Assembly (NCBI GenBank): GCA_950096985.1
Contig: CATNBA010000004.1
Coordinates: forward strand, 5,618 to 69,617
Direction: 5' to 3'
Source of the DNA: an uncultured Candidatus Melainabacteria bacterium
Lineage (GTDB): Bacteria; Cyanobacteriota; Vampirovibrionia; Gastranaerophilales; Gastranaerophilaceae
DNA length: 64,000 nt
The notes below the pieces were generated by a model. That model was not told the origin of the DNA. It ran no database searches and saw only the letters and a list, made by a program, of their open reading frames with translations. Both the position numbers and the translations under genes were made by a program. Shown in pieces: positions 19,979 to 29,151 of the stretch; position 1 is the first letter of the stretch, and every line of letters starts with the position of its first letter.

Positions 19979-20701
19979 ATGAAAACCGAGAAAAAAGATT
20001 TAATAACGGCTGAAATTGTTAAGCAGACAAACTTGCAGCATATTGCAATAATTATGGATGGTAACAGAAGGTGGGCAAAGGAAAGAAATCTTCCGTCCGC
20101 TATGGGGCATAAAAAAGGTGTTGATGCCTTAAAAGAAACTCTCCGAGCTTGTAATGATTTTGGCATAAAGTATTTAACCGTTTACGCATTTTCCACTGAA
20201 AATTGGAACAGAAAAAAAGAAGAAGTTGATTTTTTAATGGAACTTCTTGCTTTAACTTTAACAAACGAACTTGCGGAAATGCACTCAGAAGGAGTTGTTA
20301 TTAATTTTATCGGCGATACCTCTAAATTAAGTCCGAAATTGCAAAAAATTCTTGCAAATTCTGTTGAAACTACAAAAAATAATACAGGAGTTCATTTGCA
20401 GATTGCGTTTAATTATGGCGCGCGTGATGAAATTTTACATGCTGTGAAAAATATTGTTGCAGACGGTATTGAAGATATTACGGAAGATGTAATTTCAAAA
20501 TATCTTTATACCGGTGGAATTCCCGATCCTGATTTATTAATACGAACAGGCGGTGAATTGCGGGTTTCAAATTATTTATTATGGCAGATTGCGTATTCGG
20601 AAATTCTTGTTGTAAAAGAATTTTGGCCTGAATTTGGCAGGAAATCGCTTGCAAATGCCGTTGAGGAGTTTCAAAACAGGCAAAGGCGTTTCGGAAAATG
20701 A
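19979..20701 (+). CDS. uppS: Undecaprenyl diphosphate synthase (cis-prenyltransferase)
   Basis: HIAIIMDGNRRWA, YAFSTENWNR, PDLLIRTGGELRVSNYLLWQIAYSE. Confidence 0.95.
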   Translation: MKTEKKDLITAEIVKQTNLQHIAIIMDGNRRWAKERNLPSAMGHKKGVDALKETLRACNDFGIKYLTVYAFSTENWNRKKEEVDFLMELLALTLTNELAEMHSEGVVINFIGDTSKLSPKLQKILANSVETTKNNTGVHLQIAFNYGARDEILHAVKNIVADGIEDITEDVISKYLYTGGIPDPDLLIRTGGELRVSNYLLWQIAYSEILVVKEFWPEFGRKSLANAVEEFQNRQRRFGK

Positions 20702-21318
20702 AGATAACATTTGCGACAGGAAATGCGCACAAGTTACAAGAAATAAATGAGATTTCTGCGGGAACAAATGTTGAGTTTGTTTTGCCTCCCGAGGGTTTTG
20801 ACCCTGTTGAAGATGGTCAAACTTTTGAAGAAAACTCTCTAATTAAAGCCCGTGAGGCGGCTCGCCTTAGCGGTATGATTTCGCTTGCGGATGATTCGGG
20901 GTTGTGCGTGGATGCTTTAAACGGTGCGCCCGGGATACATTCTGCGAGATATGCTGAAACAGCTCAAGCACGTATTGATAAGTTATTGCTGGAGCTTGAG
21001 GGCAAGGATAATCGCAGGGCAAAATTTGTGTGTGCAATGACTTTGGTGGATGCAGAAGGAAAAGTTTTGTTTCAAACCCGCGGAGAATGCCATGGAGAAA
21101 TTGCAAGAGAGCAGTCGGGTGCGAACGGGTTTGGTTATGACCCTGTATTCTTGGTTGAGGGAAACGGGAGCGTAGCGACAAATCAAGAGGTTATAAATCT
21201 CACCAAAGTTGGTGCAGGTGGTAAAAAAACAATGGCTGAAATGTCTGAGGATGAAAAAAACGAAATTTCTCACCGTGGCAGAGCGTTGAGGGAAGTGTTG
21301 GAATTTTTAACAAAATAG
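20698..21318 (+). CDS. rdgB: Non-canonical purine NTP pyrophosphatase (RdgB/HAM1) with about 20 aa insertion
   Basis: ATGNAHK, ADDSGLCVDALNGAPGIHSAR, GFGYDPVF, KNEISHRGRAL; ATGA overlap with uppS. Confidence 0.93.
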   Translation: MKITFATGNAHKLQEINEISAGTNVEFVLPPEGFDPVEDGQTFEENSLIKAREAARLSGMISLADDSGLCVDALNGAPGIHSARYAETAQARIDKLLLELEGKDNRRAKFVCAMTLVDAEGKVLFQTRGECHGEIAREQSGANGFGYDPVFLVEGNGSVATNQEVINLTKVGAGGKKTMAEMSEDEKNEISHRGRALREVLEFLTK

Positions 21319-21349
21319 TTCTTTGCCCTTGCTTAGCAAGGGCAAAGAA
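21319..21349. terminator. 14-bp stem hairpin between convergent rdgB and pilin gene
   Basis: TTCTTTGCCCTTGC-tta-GCAAGGGCAAAGAA; second hairpin AGACCGG/CCGGTCT follows. Confidence 0.75.
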
Positions 21350-21420
21350 AAGACCGGCGTGAAAAGATTTTCCGGTCTACAAAAAGATTCGATTTTTGTT
21401 TATTCCAGTAGGAATTATTT

Positions 21421-22116
21421 TTATTTACCGTAAAGTACAGCTTTTGCTGCATCATCGGCAGGGAGTATTGTTTGATCGTAGTAAACTACAGGATAAATAT
21501 CAGTTGGAGAAGTTACAGTACAAGCTGCACCTTCCGCTGCTTTATCACACTTAACGACTTTGTTTGGTCCTTTTTGTCCGTTTACATCGATTGCACCATA
21601 GCAAACTTTATCTGTCCCGCCTGATTGAGATGCAACATTTGTACAACCAGTATCAGCTTTATCAAAAGCAAAAACAATACCATCATTTAAGAATAAAAAC
21701 ATATCTAAATTTAAAGCTACTGATGTTGCTGTAGTCCCTTCTGCGCAGGGTATTACATGTTTATTTGTATCTTGACAAACTTCAGCTTTTACATCTGGGA
21801 ATGCATATCCGGCAGTAGTATCAGATTTCACAACATTCATACGAGATCTTAATAAATCCGCTGTATTTAATTTTCCATCTGTATTAGGCGTTGTCGCAGA
21901 AGCTACTTCCGTATCAGCAAAGCTTCCACCGTCTAATGCAACGTTCAATGTAACAGCTTGTCCTAAAGCTGATAAAGCTTTTTTGTAAGCTGCTTTATAT
22001 TGAGCACCTTGAGTAGAGTTCATCAATGTTGGCATAGTCATTGCAGCAACAACACCAATGATACCTAAAGTAATCAAGACCTCTGCGAGTGTAAACGCAC
22101 TAAAATTTCTTCTCAT
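21421..22116 (-). CDS. Type IV pilin-like protein (short leader)
   Basis: MRRNFSAFTLAEVLITLGIIGVVAAMTMP; IDVNGQKGPN; several Cys pairs; GAGG RBS. Confidence 0.92.
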   Translation of the reverse strand: MRRNFSAFTLAEVLITLGIIGVVAAMTMPTLMNSTQGAQYKAAYKKALSALGQAVTLNVALDGGSFADTEVASATTPNTDGKLNTADLLRSRMNVVKSDTTAGYAFPDVKAEVCQDTNKHVIPCAEGTTATSVALNLDMFLFLNDGIVFAFDKADTGCTNVASQSGGTDKVCYGAIDVNGQKGPNKVVKCDKAAEGAACTVTSPTDIYPVVYYDQTILPADDAAKAVLYGK

Positions 22117-22152
22117 AATCCTCTATGTCCTTTCATAATTAGTCACATGTTT

Positions 22153-22196
22153 ATTATACGATGTTTATATCAATTTGTCAATATTATTGATATAAA
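22153..22196 (-). promoter_or_regulatory. Consensus sigma70 promoter of the pilin gene with overlapping 11-bp inverted repeat
   Basis: Minus strand TTGACA (22181-22176), 17 nt, TATAAT (22158-22153); TTTATATCAAT (22164-22174)/ATTGATATAAA (22186-22196) straddles the -35. Confidence 0.75.
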
Positions 22197-22246
22197 TATC
22201 ATTATATCATCTTAAACTTATCTATATATTTTAATAGAGGTTTGAG

Positions 22247-22573
22247 ATGAATTTAGATAAAGAAACAATAGGTAAAAAAATAAGACAAATTCGTAAAGAG
22301 AAAGGATTTTCGCAAGAAGAACTTTCCGAAAAAATTGATATTTCTCCACGCCACATGTGCACGATTGAAAACGGAAATTCTTTTCCCTCTATTGAAACCT
22401 TTATCAAAATTGCTGAAATTCTTGATATTAATATCAATGATTTTTTTAATTTGAACCTTGAAAGCAGTGATAATTTGAGAGCCGAAATTTATAATCTTAT
22501 TCAAACTTCTACAGTCCATGAACTTAAATTAATACAAAATATTATTACTGCAATTCATAATAATCGCGACTAA
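22247..22573 (+). CDS. XRE-family HTH transcriptional regulator
   Basis: IGKKIRQIRKEKGFSQEELSEKIDISPRHMCTIENG. Confidence 0.92.
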   Translation: MNLDKETIGKKIRQIRKEKGFSQEELSEKIDISPRHMCTIENGNSFPSIETFIKIAEILDININDFFNLNLESSDNLRAEIYNLIQTSTVHELKLIQNIITAIHNNRD

Positions 22574-22657
22574 ATTCTTATTGACACAAACTCTCTTTTT
22601 ATAATAAAATAAATGTGTTGCAAAAACAACAAATATAAAATCAGACAGGGAGAGCAA

Positions 22658-23824
22658 ATGAAGAAAAATATTATAATTTTTTTGTCGGTAATTGTTGCCG
22701 CAATTTTAATAAGATACGGGTTTTCAATGTTTGGAAATATAATGCAGGGAAAGGCTATGAAAAACAAGCCTGCGCCATCGGTTTCTATTCAAGAGATTGA
22801 AAATCAGGAAGTTATCAGAAATTTTGAAGCACCGGGCAGGGTTGTTTCAAAATTCAGAGTTGATGTATTGGCGCGTATTGCAGGTTATTTGCAGGAAAGC
22901 TATTTTCAGGAAGGTGATTATGTAAAAAAAGGACAGGTTCTGTTTCGTATTGAACCAACTGAATTTGCAAATGCTTCTGCAACTGCAGGTGCTAATGTGA
23001 AAAATATCTCTGCACAGCTTGATTATGCAGAAAAACAACTCGCGCGTGCCAGTGAACTTGTAAAAAAAGATTATATTGCAAAAGCTCAATATGACCAGAT
23101 GCTTTCTAACAGAGATGCTCTTAGAGCACAGCTGGCTTCTGCTAAAGCTCAGTATAATGATGCTAACAGGAATTTGGGCTATACAAATGTTAAAGCTCCT
23201 GTTGACGGTAAGGTTGGTATAATTAATGTTACTGTCGGAAACTATGTTTCACCGAGTTCAGGTGCGTTAACTACAATTAACAGTACAAATCCTATTTATG
23301 TAACTTTCCCGCTTGATTCAAGTGATTTCCAATCACTTGCGGCATCTGACGGAGAAGCAAATAAAAACAGAAGGGTTGAATTGCTTTTGGCAGGCGGTGC
23401 TAAATATAAAATAGACGGTGTTCAGGATTTTCAGGATAACAAAGTTGATACTTCAACCGGTACAGTCACAATGCGTGCAACTTTTGATAATCCTAATAAT
23501 GAACTTATCCATGGTGAATTTGTAACCGTGAAATTGTACGCAAATAAACCTGTAGATGTTCCTGTTGCGCCTGTTACTGCGGTTATGGAAAATCAGGCAG
23601 GAAAATATGTTTATAAGCTTGATGAAAAAGATATTCCTCAGCTTGTTTACGTTAAAACCGGTGAGCAAAACGGTCATAACTGGATTATTTCGGAAGGTCT
23701 GCAAAAAGGTGACAGAATTATTATTGAAGGTTTACAAAAAGTTATACCGGGTAAGCCTGTTAGAATTGTTTCTGATGAAGAAATGAAAAAAATTAAAACA
23801 GAACAGGTTACTGATAAAAAATAA
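22658..23824 (+). CDS. RND efflux periplasmic adaptor (AcrA/MexA-like)
   Basis: EGDYVKKGQVLFRI, VKAPVDGKVG, VDTSTGTVTMRATFDNP; ATG at 22658 after GGAG. Confidence 0.92.
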   Translation: MKKNIIIFLSVIVAAILIRYGFSMFGNIMQGKAMKNKPAPSVSIQEIENQEVIRNFEAPGRVVSKFRVDVLARIAGYLQESYFQEGDYVKKGQVLFRIEPTEFANASATAGANVKNISAQLDYAEKQLARASELVKKDYIAKAQYDQMLSNRDALRAQLASAKAQYNDANRNLGYTNVKAPVDGKVGIINVTVGNYVSPSSGALTTINSTNPIYVTFPLDSSDFQSLAASDGEANKNRRVELLLAGGAKYKIDGVQDFQDNKVDTSTGTVTMRATFDNPNNELIHGEFVTVKLYANKPVDVPVAPVTAVMENQAGKYVYKLDEKDIPQLVYVKTGEQNGHNWIISEGLQKGDRIIIEGLQKVIPGKPVRIVSDEEMKKIKTEQVTDKK

Positions 23825-23833
23825 AGGGATATA

Positions 23834-26800
23834 ATGGAAAATTCAGGAAATTTATTTATAAAACGCCCCAAGCTGGCTATTGTAATTTCACTTGCAATTA
23901 TGCTTGCCGGTATGTTAATGATTACACAACTGCCTCTGGAAGAATACCCTTCAATTACACCGCCTCAGGTTGTTGTAACTGCTACTTATGCGGGTGCTAG
24001 TTCCGATGTTGTTGCGGATACTATTGCTGCTCCTGTTGAGGCACAGTTAAACGGTGTTGAAGATATGATTTATATGTCATCAACTTCTCAAAACGGGCAG
24101 TATCAATTGACTTTATATTTTAACATCGGGTCTGATCCCGATATGGCGGTTGTTAACGTTCAAAACCAGTTACAGCTTGTTACTCCGCGTTTGCCGGAGG
24201 AGGTTAAACGCTATGGTTTGTCTGTTAAAAAATCAACCGGCGGTCCCGGTTTGATGATGATTGCCGTTAATTCACCGACACATACGTATGATTCTTTGTA
24301 TGTCGCAAACTATGCATCTATATATATTAAAGATGAACTTGCACGTATTAAAGGAGTTGGTAAAGTTCAGGTTTTCGGCTCATCTGATTATTCTATGAGA
24401 ATATGGCTTGATGCAACTAAAATGGCAAACCTTGGTGTATCGGTTTCAGAAGTCAGTGCGGCTATTCAATCTCAGAATACTCAAGTTCCCGCAGGGGATT
24501 TGGGGGTTGAACCAATGAAAAATAAGCAGATGATAAAACTTACCATGAGAACTAAAGGGCGTCTTAAAGATGTGTCTGAGTTTGAGAATATAATTGTACG
24601 TTCAAAACCTGACGGGTCGCAAATTAGACTTAAAGATATTGCAAGAGTTGAATTAGGGGCTGAAAGTTACTCGTTCTTTTCTCGTATAGGCGGAAAAGAT
24701 TCAGCTATTATTTCCATAAGTCAGCTGCCTGAGGCTAACGCTATTGATTTGTCAAATAAAATTCGTGCAAAGATGGCTGAATTAAGTAAAAGTTTTCCAC
24801 AAGGTATTGTTTATGACATAGAACGTGATGAAACGGAGTTTGTACGAGAATCTATTAAAGAGGTTATCGGTGCAATCGGACTGGCTGTTTTACTTGTAGG
24901 TGCCGTAACGTATTTATTTTTAGGCAGCGGTCGCGCAGCATTAATTCCATTTGCTGCAATTCCTGTTTCATTAATTGGTGTATTTATATTTATGAATATC
25001 TTAGGTTTTTCAATAAACCTGTTAATCCTTTTTGGTCTTGTACTTGCTGTAGGTCTGGTTGTTGACGATGCTATCGTAGTACTGGAAAACACACAAAGGC
25101 ATATTCAGGAAGGTAAAGATCCTGAAACAGCTACGGAAATTACTATGAAAGAAGTTTTCAGTGCTGTTCTTGCGACTTCTCTTGTATTGATGGCTGTATT
25201 TGTTCCCGTATCATTTATGTCAGGAATTACCGGTCAGATGTTCAGACAGTTTGCTTTATGTATTGCATCTTCAATCGGTCTGTCAACTCTTGTTGCATTA
25301 ACTCTTGCGCCTGCACTTTGTGCGATGATTTTGAAGTCTGGTGAAGAAAAAGCTGATTTTGCTTTTATTCAGAAATTTGATGATTGGTTCAACAGTATTA
25401 GAGATAAATATCTTGAAGGTGTAAAAATATTTACAAGTTCTGCAAAATTGACACTTACTGTTTTTGCAGGAATTATTGTTTTTACTCTTGCTATGTTTTA
25501 TCTTATCCCGAAAGGGTTCTTACCGACAGAAGATAAAGGTGCTATATTTGCCCAAATTCAGCTGCCCGACGGCTCGTCAGCATCAAGAACCGATATGGTG
25601 GCAAATGAGGTTGAAGACAGAATTCTTAAAATCCCCGGAGTTAAAACTACAATTAACCTTGTAGGTTTTTCCGGTGAAAATACAGCTCTTATTGTTGCAG
25701 AATTAACAGACTGGTCAAAACGTAAAAGCAAAGATTTACAGATGCAGACTATTTTGAGTAAAATTCAAAAAGAATTTGCAAATTACCCGTCTGCTACAAT
25801 TGCTGCTTTTTCTCCGCCTTCTATTTCAGGCTTGGGTATGTTTGGTGGTTTTGAATATCAGCTTTTGGATAAGGGTGACAGAACACCTCAGGAACTTTAT
25901 GATGAGGCAGTAAAATTAATTGCTGATGCAAATCAAGATTCAGCTTTCCAAATGGTTTATACCTCATTTACAGCCAACTTACCGCAATTGATGATTAAAG
26001 TCGATGAGGCAAAAGCGTTGGCACAAGGTGTTGACATTTCTGAAATTTATTCAGCATTATCAGGATACTTTGGAAAATCATATGTAAACGACTTTAATAA
26101 ATACGGACGTGTTTATCGTGTCTATTTACAGGCTGATTCAGAATTCAGAGAAAAACCTTCCGATATAGATAAAATTTATGTCAGAAACAGACAGGGCGGA
26201 ATGGTTCCTTTATCAGCACTTGTATCTGTTAAGAACGTTGTCGGACCTTATAGTATTACAAGGTTTAATATGTATCCGTCAATTACTATTAACGGACAAG
26301 CAAGAGCCGGCGTAAGTTCCGGACAGGCTATGAATGCAATGGAAAGAATTTCTGATGAAGTTTTACCGCGTGATATGGGTTATGCCTGGGCGGGAAGTTC
26401 TTTGCAGGAAAAACAATCAAGCGGTCAAATAGGACCAATTCTTGCAATGTCATTAGTATTTATTTACTTATTCCTTGTAGGTTTGTATGAAAGCTGGATG
26501 CTGCCGATTGCGGTATTATTGATTTCACCGGTTGCCTTGGTCGGAGCATTATTCTTCCAGTATATTTCAGGCTTTTCACTTGACTTGTACTCACAAATCG
26601 GTCTTGTTATGTTAATAGGTTTATCTACTAAGCAGGCGATTTTGATTATCGAGTTTGCCAAAGAGGCGCATGAAAACGGTATGAGTATTATGGAATCTGC
26701 CATGCAGGCGGCAAAATTAAGATTTAGAGCCGTAATGATGACAAATATTGCGTTTATCTTAGGTTTGTTACCGCTCGTGTTTGCAAAAGGGGCAGGTGCA

Positions 26801-26953
26801 GCCAGCCGTAACTCTGTTGGTATGACAGTATTTGGTGGTATGATGGCAGTAGCGTTTATAGGGACTTTCCTTGTACCGGCATTTTTTGTTATGGTTGAAA
26901 ATTTAAAAGTTTATACAGCACAAAAAGCTAAAAAATTTAAAAAGGATAACTAA
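23834..26953 (+). CDS. RND efflux permease (HAE1, AcrB/MexB-like)
   Basis: EEYPSITPP, GLVVDDAIVVLEN proton relay, RFRAVMMT; 1039 aa. Confidence 0.95.
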   Translation: MENSGNLFIKRPKLAIVISLAIMLAGMLMITQLPLEEYPSITPPQVVVTATYAGASSDVVADTIAAPVEAQLNGVEDMIYMSSTSQNGQYQLTLYFNIGSDPDMAVVNVQNQLQLVTPRLPEEVKRYGLSVKKSTGGPGLMMIAVNSPTHTYDSLYVANYASIYIKDELARIKGVGKVQVFGSSDYSMRIWLDATKMANLGVSVSEVSAAIQSQNTQVPAGDLGVEPMKNKQMIKLTMRTKGRLKDVSEFENIIVRSKPDGSQIRLKDIARVELGAESYSFFSRIGGKDSAIISISQLPEANAIDLSNKIRAKMAELSKSFPQGIVYDIERDETEFVRESIKEVIGAIGLAVLLVGAVTYLFLGSGRAALIPFAAIPVSLIGVFIFMNILGFSINLLILFGLVLAVGLVVDDAIVVLENTQRHIQEGKDPETATEITMKEVFSAVLATSLVLMAVFVPVSFMSGITGQMFRQFALCIASSIGLSTLVALTLAPALCAMILKSGEEKADFAFIQKFDDWFNSIRDKYLEGVKIFTSSAKLTLTVFAGIIVFTLAMFYLIPKGFLPTEDKGAIFAQIQLPDGSSASRTDMVANEVEDRILKIPGVKTTINLVGFSGENTALIVAELTDWSKRKSKDLQMQTILSKIQKEFANYPSATIAAFSPPSISGLGMFGGFEYQLLDKGDRTPQELYDEAVKLIADANQDSAFQMVYTSFTANLPQLMIKVDEAKALAQGVDISEIYSALSGYFGKSYVNDFNKYGRVYRVYLQADSEFREKPSDIDKIYVRNRQGGMVPLSALVSVKNVVGPYSITRFNMYPSITINGQARAGVSSGQAMNAMERISDEVLPRDMGYAWAGSSLQEKQSSGQIGPILAMSLVFIYLFLVGLYESWMLPIAVLLISPVALVGALFFQYISGFSLDLYSQIGLVMLIGLSTKQAILIIEFAKEAHENGMSIMESAMQAAKLRFRAVMMTNIAFILGLLPLVFAKGAGAASRNSVGMTVFGGMMAVAFIGTFLVPAFFVMVENLKVYTAQKAKKFKKDN

Positions 26954-28369
26954 ATGTTCAAAAAATTAATAACATTATCTTTAATATTGGGTATTACTTC
27001 GTTAAATGTTATTGCAGATGATTTCGGCAATACAATTAATGAAAAAGAATATCCTGCGGCTGATGCGGTTTTACCTCAGAAGACAGATAAAGCAGATTTT
27101 ATTATAGAAGGATCAGTTGAAAAAAATATTGATATGACCCTGGATAAATGTCTTGAGCTTGCTTTGGGGAATAATCCTCAGATTAATGCGGCATTTCATG
27201 ATATTCTTGCTTCTGATGCACGTATAAAACAGGTATGGTCAAACTATTTTCCACAAATAAGCTGGCAGACTGGTTATACTAAAATAAGACAACTTCAGTT
27301 GTCTGATGCGTTAGGACAAAACCTTACTTTTAATTACTATATTTTAGGTCAGGTAACTTTACAGCAGATGTTATATGACTTCGGAGTAACTCAAAATCAG
27401 GCAACAATTAAACGCTTAGATTATGAGGCTTATAAAACAACTCTTGGAGCAACGATTAATGATGTAATTTATCAGACTAAAGATGCTTATTATAATCTTT
27501 TGTATGCATTTGAAAATAAAAAAGTAGCGCAAGATACGGTTAATAAATTTGAAATGTTTTATAATCAGGCAAAAGCATTTTATGAAATAGGTATGAATCC
27601 TAAAGTTGATGTTACGATTGCAGAAGTTAATTTGAGTAATGCTAAATTGCAGCTTATACAGGCGGATAATGCTGTTAATCTTGCTGTAGCCCGATTAAAT
27701 AATGTTATGGGAGTTCCATTTATTGATAAATATAATGTCCAGGAACGTTTGAAGTATATGCCTGTTGATATTACATTCGGTCAAACTGTTGATATTGCTC
27801 GAGATGCAAGACCTGAACTAAAACTTGCCGAGCTTAAAGTTGAAAGTGCAAAGCAGACTTTAAAACTTGTTAAAAAATCTTATTTTCCTACTATATCGGT
27901 TGAAGGTCAGTATCAACGAGGAGGAAGAAGCTGGAACTCTAACTATGGTTATAACTTCGGTGGATATTTGAATTTCCCGACAGTTAACGGTATGCTTATT
28001 AAAAATGAAATTAAAGAGGCAAGATATTTATATGACAAAGAACTTGCTAATGCTAAAAATACACAAAACCAGATTTACTTAGAAATTCAAAACGCATTTT
28101 TGAAACTTGAAGAAAAGAAAAATCAAATGCCTGTTGCACTCTTGAATGTTAAACAGTCCAAAGAAAACTACGAACTTTCATATGGCAGATACAGAGTAGG
28201 AGAGGCAAGTCCTACTGAATTGAAAGATGCACAAATAAATTATCAGCAGGCACAATTAAGCTACTACAGCGCATTGTATCAATATAATTCAGCAAAAGCT
28301 GAACTTGAAAAATCAATTGGTAAAAACTTAACAGCAAATACAAATGATATAATTGAATTGGGTGAATAA
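26954..28369 (+). CDS. TolC-family outer membrane channel
   Basis: Signal peptide; two OEP repeats (LELALGNNP, ARDARPEL, YFPTISV, RYRVG); directly follows RND pair. Confidence 0.9.
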   Translation: MFKKLITLSLILGITSLNVIADDFGNTINEKEYPAADAVLPQKTDKADFIIEGSVEKNIDMTLDKCLELALGNNPQINAAFHDILASDARIKQVWSNYFPQISWQTGYTKIRQLQLSDALGQNLTFNYYILGQVTLQQMLYDFGVTQNQATIKRLDYEAYKTTLGATINDVIYQTKDAYYNLLYAFENKKVAQDTVNKFEMFYNQAKAFYEIGMNPKVDVTIAEVNLSNAKLQLIQADNAVNLAVARLNNVMGVPFIDKYNVQERLKYMPVDITFGQTVDIARDARPELKLAELKVESAKQTLKLVKKSYFPTISVEGQYQRGGRSWNSNYGYNFGGYLNFPTVNGMLIKNEIKEARYLYDKELANAKNTQNQIYLEIQNAFLKLEEKKNQMPVALLNVKQSKENYELSYGRYRVGEASPTELKDAQINYQQAQLSYYSALYQYNSAKAELEKSIGKNLTANTNDIIELGE

Positions 28370-28469
28370 AATATTACGGATTGTAAACTTACTTGAGACC
28401 GAAAAAGCAAATTTTTTGAACTTATATCCTTTATATATATGTAAGAGATAAATAAGAGAGAGAAAGAAA

Positions 28470-28730
28470 ATGGCAAACGGTCAATTCGGAACTTTGGTAA
28501 AAAGCAATAAAGCAAAACCGGTTAATGTTAAAGATATTACAAGTGCAAACTTAGAAGATTATACATTTATCGGCAAAAATGACAGAAGAATGCGTTTTAA
28601 TAATTCAAGAGACCCAATCTATTATGTATTTGATGTTATTGACAACAGACCAATTCAAACATTGGCAAAAGAGTTTGTAAAAGATTCATTTTTTGAAGCA
28701 GTAAATTTTGTATCAAAAGTCGTTAGATAA
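28470..28730 (+). CDS. Hypothetical protein
   Basis: 86 aa ORF with purine-rich RBS and downstream terminator. Confidence 0.65.
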   Translation: MANGQFGTLVKSNKAKPVNVKDITSANLEDYTFIGKNDRRMRFNNSRDPIYYVFDVIDNRPIQTLAKEFVKDSFFEAVNFVSKVVR

Positions 28731-28788
28731 TCAATCAGGAAATCGGAAAAAGAGAAAAAGTCAAGGAAATTAGGATAAGGATAGCAAA

Positions 28789-28811
28789 AAGACGGTCATA
28801 TTGACCGTCTT
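28789..28811. terminator. Hairpin terminator between convergent genes
   Basis: AAGACGGTCA-tat-TGACCGTCTT. Confidence 0.7.
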
Positions 28812-29151
28812 ATTTATTTACATCTGTTTTTGGTTCATATTCAATGCCCATTTCTTTTAATGTTCTAATAAAATTTTGGGCGCATATTTTTTGAGCTTCA
28901 GGCGGTACAATTCTTAAAATCTCAACTGTTTTTGAAATTACAGGATCTTTATCGTACCAACGGTTGTTAGCATTAACAGGTTTTACCATTGCATAAAACT
29001 TATCAACAGTTTCTTTTGAAACTTTTTCTTCAATTTTTTGCAGGAAAATTTCAGCTTGTGCTCTTAATTCTGTTTGGTAATTTTTTAAAAGCTCAATAAC
29101 TTCCAGCAATAATGGATCGTGATCGTACCAGCGTTTATATGCAGGTGACAT
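28810..29151 (-). CDS. Hypothetical protein with duplicated RWYDxDP module, coupled to murA
   Basis: TAATG overlap with murA stop; KRWYDHDPLL / NRWYDKDPVI internal repeat. Confidence 0.8.
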   Translation of the reverse strand: MSPAYKRWYDHDPLLLEVIELLKNYQTELRAQAEIFLQKIEEKVSKETVDKFYAMVKPVNANNRWYDKDPVISKTVEILRIVPPEAQKICAQNFIRTLKEMGIEYEPKTDVNK

